In this document: positions 14,962-24,940 of the stretch, piece by piece
Numbering within the stretch: position 1 is the first letter of the stretch
How the letters are laid out: each line of letters begins with the position of its first letter
Source of the DNA: a virus
Lineage: Duplodnaviria; Caudoviricetes
Direction: 5' to 3' (one strand)
IMG/VR virus record: IMGVR_UViG_3300030397_000329
Coordinates: 1-35,911 of that record
DNA: 35,911 bases
Notes under the pieces: model-generated
Database searches by the model: none
Told to the model about the DNA's origin: nothing
Seen by the model: only the letters and a program-made list of their open reading frames with translations
Translations under genes and position numbers: made by a program

Positions 14962-16151
14962 CAATACCCCAACCTTGTGTCAGTGCCAAGTTCCGATGTA
15001 CCCAAAATCCACCAATCATCGTGAGGTAGGACAGGCGACAACTGGAAGGTGGTGGTCCACGACCGTTGACCGACCATCGACACATCATGCGACACACCCT
15101 CAACGTGGAAGTCTCCGTCGAAATTGTCACCCGGTAACTTTTTTTCGACGTTCACCCGGTCTAACAGCTCCAACCCCAAACAATCCGCCCAAAACACGGT
15201 CGAACCGTCACCTTCAGGTTTCACCACCAATTCGGGAACCCTGACCCGAACATCTTTGAATTCGTCAAGTAACCATTCGGCTAAAGCGTTAGCTTCGCCG
15301 TCGGCAACGTGCAGGGTTTCGGACAAATGCAGGTTCCTGGTCCCGTAGTCACCTTCCGAAGTGGCGTCGTTAGCTGTCTGTTCTGTTCCGCCTGTCCGTG
15401 TGACAACAACATTATTCCACAACTGCGAATCGTCGTACACAAGTTGCATGTCAACATATTTCGTGTCCGACCCGTCATCGGAAAACGTTGCAGCATCAGA
15501 CGTTTTGTCCTGTATGCGAGTGTTCGCATCCCTGAACGTTGCGTTACCATCACCAGCAATCCAAAACAATCCCTGTTCAACAAGTACCGTCCGGTGTATC
15601 TGATTCAACACCGAATCGAACTCAGCGGACAAAGCCTGAACGTTGTGTGTGCCAGTGTCGATGTCCCGCCAGCCGGCGGGCCACCCAACAGTGTCTAACA
15701 GGTTACCGATCCGAGTGCCCGAAAACTCTTGCGATTCGGTTAGTTCATCTTCGTACATGGCGAACAGCCGGAACGCGTCGATACATTTCACAACCGAAAT
15801 GTTGTCTTTGGCTGATGCTGGAAACTGTGCATCCCACGTTTCGACGAACCCACGAAACAAATCGTAGGTTGCCGCGTTGTAGTCGGCCTGTATTCGTATT
15901 GGGGTGAACACTCTCACGTCTGGCGTATACGAACCAGACGTGTTTTCGGGGTTGAAATCCCCCGTCGAATTATCGAACGTTAAAACAGCTTCCCCGGCCT
16001 GCATCTGGTCGAGTATCCTCGACCGGCCACGTTTGGTCGTAAACCCACGAACAACAGACGTAACATCGGTCCATGTTGGGGTGTCGAACACGTCGTCACC
16101 GAACGCCACTTCGACGGTTACATCAACATCAGTGTTATAGGATGCTGTCAT
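14961..16151 (-). CDS. Distal tail/baseplate protein
   Basis: WTDVT...RGRSR...G N-terminus, C-terminal WILGTSELGTDTRLGY; immediately after tape measure. Confidence 0.75.
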   Translation of the reverse strand: MTASYNTDVDVTVEVAFGDDVFDTPTWTDVTSVVRGFTTKRGRSRILDQMQAGEAVLTFDNSTGDFNPENTSGSYTPDVRVFTPIRIQADYNAATYDLFRGFVETWDAQFPASAKDNISVVKCIDAFRLFAMYEDELTESQEFSGTRIGNLLDTVGWPAGWRDIDTGTHNVQALSAEFDSVLNQIHRTVLVEQGLFWIAGDGNATFRDANTRIQDKTSDAATFSDDGSDTKYVDMQLVYDDSQLWNNVVVTRTGGTEQTANDATSEGDYGTRNLHLSETLHVADGEANALAEWLLDEFKDVRVRVPELVVKPEGDGSTVFWADCLGLELLDRVNVEKKLPGDNFDGDFHVEGVSHDVSMVGQRSWTTTFQLSPVLPHDDWWILGTSELGTDTRLGY

Positions 16152-17821
16152 GACCGGCGGGCCATTTCCTGGATTTCTTTAAGCATCCTATCCGACAACG
16201 AAAGCGCGTTGAGGGTTATCACCGTACCGGGAGCGGCTGTTTTTAGTGCGGCTTGCTGGTCAGGGTTTAGGATCATTTCCCCTCCATGAACTAACGCTGG
16301 GACGGGAGCACCCTTCGGACCGGGCACCATCCCACCGTCAGCGAACCCGATCATGGTTCCGTCACCGCCGACAGACGCTGTTCCTTCGCCTGTTTTGACC
16401 GTACCAACACCAGGTATGAACACGTTTTTGGTGTTAATTGGTGTCGTGTTGAACTCGAGGATTTTGTCTATGATCGCCTGAATAATCTCTGGTGCAATTT
16501 TCGCGTCTTCTAACAGATCCTGAATGGCCGCAACGGAAGATTGAATACCACCATCTGTGGCTCCCAAATCGGCGGCAGCCTCATCCAACCCAAGGAGCGC
16601 CAACCCCAAGTCAATAGCTGCGTCTTCGGCTTCTTTAGAGCCCGGTTTGCCATCTATGAGAATTCGGTTATAAACCTCTAGCGCATCGGAAACTTTTTCT
16701 TGTGCTTTCAACAGTTTGAAAGCTGGGTCTACTTGCGCCTTCTGCTGGTCAATGAAATCTTGTTGTGCTGACGTGGCACCCTTAGAACTCTCTTCGAGTA
16801 TTGCGAGGGCTTCGCTCATCAGCCGGTATTTTTCGTCGGCGGCTGCTGCAAGTTCTATCTGTTCTTCGGTCGGAACATACGGTTCTACGTCGTCCGCGGC
16901 ATCAGCCAGGTCATTGAGTGCTTCCTTCTGACGTATGTACGCCTGAACCGATTCTTCGGATTCGCCCAGAATAGTCTGTAAGCCAGCTGAGAGCCTTTGC
17001 GTCCACCCCAGGTTCACGTCCTCGTCGAACGCGTCGAGCAGGTTCGTGCCGGCGTCAACCGCTTTCTCGAGCGCTGGCGCAAGTTCTTCACCGGCGCGGG
17101 CCTTAAAATCTTCGAACCTAGCATTGGTGATCCGCAACGAGTTGGCTAGTTCGTCTGACGTGTTGAGGAAATCCCCGGCGGTTTTGTTGGTTTGGCCCAT
17201 TAACAGTTCGTAGCGGACCAGGATCTTTTCCTGTTCGGTGAGCGGGTCGTTCGCCCCTGCCAACCCAAGTTCGAGGGCTTTGGCGTTGACCGCAGCGGCA
17301 GAAAGGTCAATTCCGAATTTGCGGAGCGGCTCCGTTTCGCCAGCCAGCCCAGACCGGAACTTCTCGGCGGCTTCCGCAACATCAATGTTCATCACTGAAG
17401 CAAAATCAGCAATACGGGTCGTGAGGTCTTCCATGACCGGAACAACTGTCGTGTTTGACCCTCTGGCTATTTCTTCAACAAAAGCGGAGAACGAAACAGC
17501 AAGCGAGTTGAATTCTGCGTTGCTCAAACCCAACGATTCAGCGGCACCCTCACCGAGTTCTTTGATTCCTTGAGCTGCGCCACCGAACGTAACCTCAACA
17601 GCGTTCATCGACTCGTTCAGGTCAGTGAAAGCTTGGATCGAAGCACGCCCAAAATCAACAACTTTGTCTACAACAATTCCCGAAGCAATCAGTTTCCCAG
17701 CCAAAGAAAACGCTTTGCCAGTTTTTGTTACCTGACCCTCAATGTTCTTTAATGATTTCGTGGCTCGCTTGTCATCGACAAGGAACTCGATTTCGACGTT
17801 ACGTTTCCGGGTTGTCGCCAT
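16148..17821 (-). CDS. Tape measure protein (short, 557 aa)
   Basis: Ala-rich helical sequence, GETEPLRKFGI, C-terminal FADGG...HGGEMIL. Confidence 0.85.
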   Translation of the reverse strand: MATTRKRNVEIEFLVDDKRATKSLKNIEGQVTKTGKAFSLAGKLIASGIVVDKVVDFGRASIQAFTDLNESMNAVEVTFGGAAQGIKELGEGAAESLGLSNAEFNSLAVSFSAFVEEIARGSNTTVVPVMEDLTTRIADFASVMNIDVAEAAEKFRSGLAGETEPLRKFGIDLSAAAVNAKALELGLAGANDPLTEQEKILVRYELLMGQTNKTAGDFLNTSDELANSLRITNARFEDFKARAGEELAPALEKAVDAGTNLLDAFDEDVNLGWTQRLSAGLQTILGESEESVQAYIRQKEALNDLADAADDVEPYVPTEEQIELAAAADEKYRLMSEALAILEESSKGATSAQQDFIDQQKAQVDPAFKLLKAQEKVSDALEVYNRILIDGKPGSKEAEDAAIDLGLALLGLDEAAADLGATDGGIQSSVAAIQDLLEDAKIAPEIIQAIIDKILEFNTTPINTKNVFIPGVGTVKTGEGTASVGGDGTMIGFADGGMVPGPKGAPVPALVHGGEMILNPDQQAALKTAAPGTVITLNALSLSDRMLKEIQEMARRS

Positions 17822-18026
17822 CTTTGATAACTCCTGATTTGACAAGCCATTCACATAACAGTCGGTGATGTTTCACCGACAAACCCCAATAATCATCAAT
17901 GGTTATTTGGGGGTAGTTTTGGAGGATGGGCGGTAACGTGTTGTCCCACCAGGACGCGTCATCAACATGGTCGGCGGCCTCTAACAGCGACAGTTCTTCT
18001 AACGGAACCTTGGCGTAACCTTCCAT
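17799..18026 (-). CDS. Putative tail assembly chaperone
   Basis: 75 aa directly upstream of tape measure; assignment by position only. Confidence 0.45.
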   Translation of the reverse strand: MEGYAKVPLEELSLLEAADHVDDASWWDNTLPPILQNYPQITIDDYWGLSVKHHRLLCEWLVKSGVIKDGDNPET

Positions 18027-18478
18027 CAGTCAGGGAACGCCACTTTGAAAGCGTCCGAAATGGCGTCGGCGTACTCGTCCAAAGCGAACCCGTCGGCAGT
18101 GTCTTTAATAACCGGACCCAACCCGTACAAATCTTCGGGTTGCCACGTTTTACCCAACCACGGTTTCCACGGGCCAGAACCCGGAATAGTCCTTCCGAAC
18201 ACGGTATGTGAGAGGGTGCCGAACACGTTGGCCCGGATGGTCGGGTTGCTACCCAATAGTGTTATCCGCGCAGCTTTCTGTGTGGCATTGCCGCGGATCC
18301 CCGACACGGCCTTAGAACCACCAGGAGACGGCAACCCCTTAACAGCAGGTTTCGCCTTTTCGGCCACCCGCCGCGCCACCTTCTTATGAGCTACTTGCAG
18401 TGCTTTCGGTAACCGTTTATCAACCCGGCGTAAGTCCCGACGGAAATCGTCGAGACCCTTAACCACAATCTGGCTGAT
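18026..18478 (-). CDS. HK97 gp10-like neck/tail completion protein
   Basis: VVKGLDDFRRDLRR N-terminus; start either GTG 18466 or ATC 18478. Confidence 0.65.
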   Translation of the reverse strand: MSQIVVKGLDDFRRDLRRVDKRLPKALQVAHKKVARRVAEKAKPAVKGLPSPGGSKAVSGIRGNATQKAARITLLGSNPTIRANVFGTLSHTVFGRTIPGSGPWKPWLGKTWQPEDLYGLGPVIKDTADGFALDEYADAISDAFKVAFPD

Positions 18479-18870
18479 TAGTACGAACCCCGAGTCAACG
18501 CGCCGGAACGCTGGAAAGACGCCGACCAGTTCACCCGGTCAGCAACACTAGAAGTTTCCGAATAGTTTGTCACAAGAACAGTACAGGTGTACGCCAACGA
18601 ACCCGACCCGGAACCAGCAGGACCGTAAGTGATATTCACCAGTGCACCGTCGAACGTGCCCGACAATGCGGCTTCTTGTGTGGCGTCCCAGTGTCCGTTA
18701 AGTTGGAACGAACCGTCCTCGAGTCCGGCGATAAACGTTTTGTCATCGTCGCCGAACGCTGAAGTTTCGGCAGTGTCCACCGACCGGTCGTGATTGACCG
18801 AATCAACATATTGGGAAAGGTTCGTTGCATCGACCACAATGTCGCTGTTAGAACCATGAACGAAAGCCAT
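18478..18870 (-). CDS. Major tail tube protein
   Basis: MAFVHG...ETSAFGDDDKTFIAGLEDG; strong AAGGAG RBS. Confidence 0.7.
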   Translation of the reverse strand: MAFVHGSNSDIVVDATNLSQYVDSVNHDRSVDTAETSAFGDDDKTFIAGLEDGSFQLNGHWDATQEAALSGTFDGALVNITYGPAGSGSGSLAYTCTVLVTNYSETSSVADRVNWSASFQRSGALTRGSY

Positions 18871-18903
18871 AAAATAGCTCCTTAATTAGTAGGGCCGGTG
18901 GGT

Positions 18904-19617
18904 TTACCGGCGGTTCCTCGCAAAAGATGCGAAAACTGTCATAGACGTAAAATTGTCAGTCGTAATAGCAAACCTCAGGTAACGGTTTACTGTGCCAGTG
19001 ACCAGGGAACGTTCCGCTGTGGTACCCGTGACCGTTGAGAACGTTATGAGGTCGGCCCACGTCGAATCGTTAGCTGAATGTTGGATTTTGACGACACCGT
19101 TAGTCCCAGAGAAAGCGGTCACATGCAAGTGGCCTACCCCCCCGTTCGCTGACGACGCCGACGAATCGTGCGAACTGTTGTTCGTGGTAGTTGTTTCCGC
19201 TTCTAACGGTTGTAGTATCACACCACCGGTTCGAACACCACCATCAACGGTACCGCCAGCTGTGATACGGACAGCGTCGGTGGTCGTACTGCGAATCTGG
19301 TAAGAAACATGTTCGCCTTTAGCCATCACCGCTTTGTTACCGATGGTTGCATACCCTTGCGGGCATAAGGTGATAATGGCTTCGGACGCAATAGAACCAT
19401 CCAAAACGGCGTCCACCGCTCCAGTGTCACCGTCGAATAGGCCCTGAACGCTTATCGTTCCGCCCTCAACCCCGGCTATATAGTTTTTGTCGTCGTTGCC
19501 GAACGTGGTCGTATTGACCGCCTGAATCTGGCGGGAAGTGTTGTACTGGTTGAAGAAAGAAGAAAGGTCGTTCTCGTCGAAAAGGACAGCAGAACCTTTG
19601 CCATGAACAGCGGCCAT
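18904..19617 (-). CDS. Tail tube paralogue with extra C-terminal domain
   Basis: MAAVHG...TTTFGNDDKNYIAGVEGG aligns by eye with the 130-aa neighbour. Confidence 0.7.
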   Translation of the reverse strand: MAAVHGKGSAVLFDENDLSSFFNQYNTSRQIQAVNTTTFGNDDKNYIAGVEGGTISVQGLFDGDTGAVDAVLDGSIASEAIITLCPQGYATIGNKAVMAKGEHVSYQIRSTTTDAVRITAGGTVDGGVRTGGVILQPLEAETTTTNNSSHDSSASSANGGVGHLHVTAFSGTNGVVKIQHSANDSTWADLITFSTVTGTTAERSLVTGTVNRYLRFAITTDNFTSMTVFASFARNRR

Positions 19618-19784
19618 CACTTAACCGTCACTTTCTCGACTAGTTCCTGGTCGATCAGCCATGCGTCCTCGTCCTCGAGCCGTGCAGCTTGCTTCGCTGT
19701 GAGGGTTTCGCCCGGTTCGACAAAGGCCCCGTCTTCGTACGACAGTTTCACGACCGCCTTGTATTTGACCGGTTTAGTAGCCAT
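19617..19784 (-). CDS. Small hypothetical virion-module protein (55 aa, MATKPVKYKAVVK...)
   Basis: Read manually; AGGAG RBS; TGATG overlap with next gene. Confidence 0.65.
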   Translation of the reverse strand: MATKPVKYKAVVKLSYEDGAFVEPGETLTAKQAARLEDEDAWLIDQELVEKVTVK

Positions 19785-19795
19785 ACCAATTTCTC

Positions 19796-20248
19796 CTATA
19801 TGTTCGACATTCCGACAATGGTCGCTTCAATGATTCCAATAGCGCCGTGCTCGTCGTAGTCGGGAATACTTTCGAACGAGTCGATGTCGGTGAACATGAC
19901 CGTTGAAGACACGCTGGAATCGTTCCGTAGGGCGTTCTCCACTGAACCCCACATAGCTTCGGCGCGTTGTTCCGCGGCTTTCATATCGTCCTGGTCAGAG
20001 CCATATCGTGGGGCCCGTACCGAAACGTCGATGCGGATGGTTTCGCCTACCTGTCGGCCCGTGCCTCCCATCGACAACGGTTCCTGTTCAACGCTGATAC
20101 GCCCCAACCAGATTTGATCCTCGCGTGTGGCGTTCCCCATCGGCATGTATTCGAACACTTCCACGTCGGACACACCGTCCGTGGCGAGCCGGGCAGAGAT
20201 AGCTGTTACGAGAGCGGCGCGGAGGTTCTGGAATTTAGATGTTGCCAT
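19796..20248 (-). CDS. Tail terminator-like protein
   Basis: 150-aa acidic protein between adaptor and tail tube genes. Confidence 0.6.
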   Translation of the reverse strand: MATSKFQNLRAALVTAISARLATDGVSDVEVFEYMPMGNATREDQIWLGRISVEQEPLSMGGTGRQVGETIRIDVSVRAPRYGSDQDDMKAAEQRAEAMWGSVENALRNDSSVSSTVMFTDIDSFESIPDYDEHGAIGIIEATIVGMSNI

Positions 20249-21181
20249 TTACCCGACCATGATCCGATGGTCGTGCCGGTTCACCCAATCATTAACCTCG
20301 GGAAGCCGCGACACGTTGTGCATCGGCCCGCCGGGTTGGACAAACCGTGTCGTCCCATATTCCGTGTCGGCGGACAGCACCCGATCCGGCCAGGCAGAGG
20401 GCACTAACCGGTCAACAAGTATCTTCAACGCTACCCGGTCAACCCCATCGACAAGGTAGGGGAGCCCGTAAGCGTATTCAACAACCACATTATACGGAGA
20501 GCTCGTGGTGGGCAGTGTCCACAACCCCGAATCTGTGCGTATCAACCTGGCCCGCACCGGATCAACCTCAACATTGGTTGTCGTCACCGAAGTTCCCGAT
20601 ACAGTAACGGAAAGGATCTGTGAAATGTCTGACAGTCGTCCCGGCCGGTGCAGGTTATGTCCGTCGGCGGTGCGGCAGAACCCGTCCCGGAGAGACAGGC
20701 TGCTGCCGCCGTTACCGGCAAGTTCTAGTCGGGCGTAGCGGGGAACCCACCCTCGCGCCGTCCAGTATTCTAAATCTTCGGTGATCCTGGCTCGTTCGTC
20801 GGCGATGGTCGCATCGGGATACTCTGTTTCGGACGCCAACGGAACGAGTGCGGATGTGGCGTCGGCTTTGGCGCTGAACGCTCTAGCTTGCGCTTCGGTG
20901 AACAGCCAACCGCCGACTAGTTCCAGCCGGTCTTTAAGGTCAGCACCCGTGTCAGATCTCGTCCAAGTGACGGTAAGAATGTTCGGGTTGGCCTGGTCGG
21001 CTAAAGAGTAAGTGTAGGTGCCGTCAGCGTTGTTCGTCGTTGCTGTGAGTGGGGCGACAACCTCGCCGCCGTTCCCGTCGGTAACGCCAATGGTCACATC
21101 ACCGACGTCTGTTGGGGTGCCGTCCACATACCATGTTTTGGTCAGTGAATACGGTCCTGCGCCGGCTAGTAGTTGGCTCAT
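20249..21181 (-). CDS. Head-tail adaptor protein with N-terminal extension
   Basis: ITEDLEYWTARGW...VVVEYAYG pattern of head-tail connectors; N-terminal Ig-like segment. Confidence 0.65.
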   Translation of the reverse strand: MSQLLAGAGPYSLTKTWYVDGTPTDVGDVTIGVTDGNGGEVVAPLTATTNNADGTYTYSLADQANPNILTVTWTRSDTGADLKDRLELVGGWLFTEAQARAFSAKADATSALVPLASETEYPDATIADERARITEDLEYWTARGWVPRYARLELAGNGGSSLSLRDGFCRTADGHNLHRPGRLSDISQILSVTVSGTSVTTTNVEVDPVRARLIRTDSGLWTLPTTSSPYNVVVEYAYGLPYLVDGVDRVALKILVDRLVPSAWPDRVLSADTEYGTTRFVQPGGPMHNVSRLPEVNDWVNRHDHRIMVG

Positions 21182-24172
21182 TTATGATTGGCTCCCTGCT
21201 GTAAGGCTTCCCGAATCGGACGAACTGGTCAACGACCCCGATACCCTGTCGGCCGTTCCGCCGCCGAATTGGACGCTCACCGAAACTCCGCCCTCCTGAT
21301 AAACGTAAACTGCGGCAGCGTCGCTGTTCGCCGGTGTCACCGAAGGAATAACCACCGTCAAGTCGATGGTTCCTGGTGTCGGACCCGCAGACCCGACCAC
21401 GGACACGCCGGGCAAACCAAAAACAACATCCGTTGAGTTCGGGGTGACTGTTGTGGGCGCGACCGGTGTGGCCTGGTTAACGTCGAACGTTAAATCCGTT
21501 GCTGCGGCGGTAGAGACACCCCCACCTTTTGCTGTCGCCGCGGGCACCGTCAAAGTAGCGGTGATGTCCGAAGGTGACACAGTAACGGGTGCTACAGGGG
21601 TTGCCTGCAGCAAGCTGGCGAGCATGTCAATAGAGTTCGGGTTGACTGTCGCTGATCCACCCGCAGATATCGAAACGGCCGGAATTGTTAAATCGACGTT
21701 TAGAACGCCGGGAGTAACGACCGCACCACCAGACAGTGTGACCGCCGGTAAAACGGCTGACAGGCCTATTTGTGTGGGTGTGGTGGCACCCTGACCGACC
21801 GGAGTTGCCTGCGGGGTTGTGAAACTTAAGGCTATGGCCGAAACTGCCGGGGCTCCGCTACCGGCAACGCCCGCCGATTCAACACCGAACGTTCCGGACA
21901 CTACTGCCGGGTTCGTAACACCGCCACCAACCGGAGAAGCCGATTCAACACCGAACGTTCTAGCGGTGACAGCCGGTGTTGCGGTTCCGCCGTCGGTGTT
22001 CGATGTCGTAACAGCGTCCACGGTGAACACCCTTGTCACTGCACCAGGGTTTACCGCTGCGCCACCAACGGTTGTCGCCTGGTTGACTGCGAATGTTCGA
22101 GCTACCGCAGCTGGTGCAACCACACCAGCACCGACCGGGGTGACGTTCTCCACTGTGAAACTGCGTGCTGTTGCTGCGGGGGTGGCGACAGCAGGACCAA
22201 CCGGGGAAGCTGTTTCGACGGTGAACGACCGGGAAATGACCGCTGGGGTTGCAGTACCGGCGGTACCCGGTCCGTTAACCCACTCGTCGCGGGCGTCGTC
22301 AATGTTCGTTTCGGTGATCGAGCCGCCGTCGATAACCCAAAACTCGGAGATGCGCCCTTGGAACGGTCGGTCATCTGTTTCTCTGTCACCCAACGACCAG
22401 ACGTAAAGGTTGTTCGACCCCGACGCACCATCAATGTCTGGCGAAGCGTCGTCGTTCAACCATAGGTGTTCGTTGCCGGAGTCCTGTATCCACTCAGTGA
22501 CCCTCACCCAGGCGTCGAATGTGACCGTTGTCGAACCGTACAGGTGGGCGGGGCCGGTGCCGTCGCCGGACATTAGGAGGAACTTGTCGCCGCTGCCCTC
22601 GTCGTCGATTCCAAGAATGTTTTTATCGTTGGGGTCGGTCGGTGTCCCAACCGACTCCGCTATCTCACCGGCTGTCGAGAAAACGCCTTGGGTGGTGGTT
22701 GTGTCTTCCGGGTACAACCGGATATGCCAAATATGATTGCCGGTAACTCGCGAACCCCACGCACCAATAAACCTGTTAGCAGTAGACGGGAAATCTATGT
22801 ACCCGCTATCGGCTGTTTTGTATTGGCTGGTCGAACCGGCAATGCGCAGCATGTGCCGCCCGTTGCCAGACGCATCGGGTATAACAACCAGGTCTTCGTT
22901 GTTGGCGGCACCCAGTGTTGCGAGACTGTCCGCCGAATAAACCGCATAATCCTGCCCTGACAAATCAGACGGTAAAGCTGTTTCCTCGGCTGACGTGAAC
23001 GGCGACTTCGACAAACGGATCCCAGCAAACCGCAACCGGTTATTGCTAGCCAACAAATTCGTAACATCGAACTCAATGTCAAGGTCGTCAATGTCGGGAT
23101 CGCCAGAAAACGCAGAGTCAGGAATGTCAATAACGTAAATCGACCCCGGCGAAGTTTCCGTAACACTTATCCCAGGAGACGAATCCGTCCACAGTGTTGT
23201 CGGTCCGCCACCTTCAACCAACCGTATCTCGTCGATGGAGTATCCGGTAGCGTTGTCGCAGTACATTTGCGCCCAGATACGGAAACCCTTTTTATCTCCA
23301 GGGGCACCAGACAGGTCAAACCCGGTCCACTCCACATTATCCGAAGCGGAAGCGGTCGTTTGAATGTAAGCGTTATCAGAAGCCGAGAACGGCCATTCGT
23401 CAACATCCGCCGCCGACCCCGAATCCAATGATGTGCCGGCAGTGGGCGGAACGAAATATGTTGTGTAGTCGTGCGACCCCAAATCGCCAGCTGTGGGGGT
23501 CGGAACGGTGAACGACCTAGCAATAACGGCCGGGTTAACAACCACACTACCCGCAACAGTCGCCGTTTCGACACCGAAAGACCTAGCGGTGACATCAGGT
23601 GTCGCCGTTCCACCATCCGTGTTTGATGGTGTGGCAGTTTCGACACCGAAAGACCTAGCAATAACAGCAGGAGTGGCAGTTCCTGACGAACTACCCGCCG
23701 TGTAGTCAACGACAACGAAAGTTTCGGTGGCTCCACCGTCAAGAACCAACGCACCACCGTCGGGCATACCCGAACGGTCGTACACCGCCCAAGTTCTCGA
23801 ACCTCCACCCGCAGCCTCCAGGGTCAACGAACCCTGATAGTCCGCTCCGTCAGTAGAAGTCGGAGAGTTGTCCGTCAGGTCAACTTGGTGGCTTTCGTTC
23901 CCGTTGCCCGCATCAGCACCGGGAGTGACAGAAGCGAGCGCCCCCCCAGTCGAATCCCGAAGTTCGACAGCCGCAGTTCCAATATCCCAAACGTCGTCGG
24001 CGAGCCCCGACCCTGTAACTTGGTGGACGATCCGCACCGAGTTAACCGTGACGCTTGAATCGAAATCGCCGGGTTTCCCCGACTCGTCCAACTGGGCTGT
24101 GCCCGTCAGGTCACTGTTAGCAGCCCCTGAAATTTCGGGGTCTGAGACAACGGGAATATTCCAAGTAGCCAC
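21182..24172 (-). CDS. Large repetitive virion fibre-like protein (996 aa)
   Basis: Many ~22-24 aa TPAVxARSFxVxTATP repeats flanking acidic beta domains; FQGRISEFWV suggests a LamG-like domain. Confidence 0.7.
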   Translation of the reverse strand: MATWNIPVVSDPEISGAANSDLTGTAQLDESGKPGDFDSSVTVNSVRIVHQVTGSGLADDVWDIGTAAVELRDSTGGALASVTPGADAGNGNESHQVDLTDNSPTSTDGADYQGSLTLEAAGGGSRTWAVYDRSGMPDGGALVLDGGATETFVVVDYTAGSSSGTATPAVIARSFGVETATPSNTDGGTATPDVTARSFGVETATVAGSVVVNPAVIARSFTVPTPTAGDLGSHDYTTYFVPPTAGTSLDSGSAADVDEWPFSASDNAYIQTTASASDNVEWTGFDLSGAPGDKKGFRIWAQMYCDNATGYSIDEIRLVEGGGPTTLWTDSSPGISVTETSPGSIYVIDIPDSAFSGDPDIDDLDIEFDVTNLLASNNRLRFAGIRLSKSPFTSAEETALPSDLSGQDYAVYSADSLATLGAANNEDLVVIPDASGNGRHMLRIAGSTSQYKTADSGYIDFPSTANRFIGAWGSRVTGNHIWHIRLYPEDTTTTQGVFSTAGEIAESVGTPTDPNDKNILGIDDEGSGDKFLLMSGDGTGPAHLYGSTTVTFDAWVRVTEWIQDSGNEHLWLNDDASPDIDGASGSNNLYVWSLGDRETDDRPFQGRISEFWVIDGGSITETNIDDARDEWVNGPGTAGTATPAVISRSFTVETASPVGPAVATPAATARSFTVENVTPVGAGVVAPAAVARTFAVNQATTVGGAAVNPGAVTRVFTVDAVTTSNTDGGTATPAVTARTFGVESASPVGGGVTNPAVVSGTFGVESAGVAGSGAPAVSAIALSFTTPQATPVGQGATTPTQIGLSAVLPAVTLSGGAVVTPGVLNVDLTIPAVSISAGGSATVNPNSIDMLASLLQATPVAPVTVSPSDITATLTVPAATAKGGGVSTAAATDLTFDVNQATPVAPTTVTPNSTDVVFGLPGVSVVGSAGPTPGTIDLTVVIPSVTPANSDAAAVYVYQEGGVSVSVQFGGGTADRVSGSLTSSSDSGSLTAGSQS

Positions 24173-24490
24173 TCAGACACCCACCTTTTCCACGCACCCC
24201 GGTTCGCAGTTCTCGTTGTGTCTTCCCTGCCTGAACTCCGGTCGGCAACAAAACGCCGGGTCGGAAGTTTCACACAGGTTGAATTCTTGTCCAGTGGACT
24301 TCCAATAGTCGCCAACAGGCCCGTATTCAGGTGACTTGTTCACCAGATCCCACGAACCGTATTTGACCATCAACCCGCATGCGTAGTCCCGGCCAGCAAC
24401 ATCACGAACCGAAAACACGCAGGGTTCGCCGTCAACGAAACAGCAATTCACCGAACCCGTACACAAATACGCCCTACCGGGCTCACTCAT
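24173..24490 (-). CDS. Cys-rich hypothetical protein
   Basis: 105 aa with 10 Cys including two CC pairs. Confidence 0.6.
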   Translation of the reverse strand: MSEPGRAYLCTGSVNCCFVDGEPCVFSVRDVAGRDYACGLMVKYGSWDLVNKSPEYGPVGDYWKSTGQEFNLCETSDPAFCCRPEFRQGRHNENCEPGCVEKVGV

Positions 24491-24940
24491 TTACGGTGTG
24501 TAGTCGAGTGTTATCAGACCAGTACCAGCCCACTGCACAGTAAACGTCGAGTTAGAGCACGACGCCGGCGCAGTGAAGTCGTGCATACAAAACAGCGGCG
24601 AATCCGCGTCGTTCGTAATGTCAATGATAAACGCCGAAGCTTCAGCGTTCGTAATCGTCACATCGTCCGAACCGCCATTGTCGTACACGGTGTCCGCAGC
24701 ATCATACGTCAACACCCCAGACGACAACGTAACCTCAGTAGTAGTGACCGGTTCACGGGCGTAGTTACCGCCAGTAATCTCGTTAGTCAAGTCCGCGGCG
24801 AAATCGTGGGTGTCGAAGTTCGGAGTGTGAGTGTCAGTAACCAACGCCAGTTCATTGTCTTCGGCCTCCAACGAGTCACCGACAGTATCAATAAAAAACT
24901 TTTCTAGGGTCAGGCCATACAGCCCAGAAGAAACAGCCAT
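24491..24940 (-). CDS. Acidic virion structural protein
   Basis: DLTNEITGGNYAR...YDAAD...FTVQW pattern recalled from small proteins preceding fibre genes. Confidence 0.6.
   Translation of the reverse strand: MAVSSGLYGLTLEKFFIDTVGDSLEAEDNELALVTDTHTPNFDTHDFAADLTNEITGGNYAREPVTTTEVTLSSGVLTYDAADTVYDNGGSDDVTITNAEASAFIIDITNDADSPLFCMHDFTAPASCSNSTFTVQWAGTGLITLDYTP

Noticed and set aside
17799-18026. Programmed frameshift in the tail assembly chaperone
   Set aside because: No clear slippery heptamer or second overlapping ORF seen
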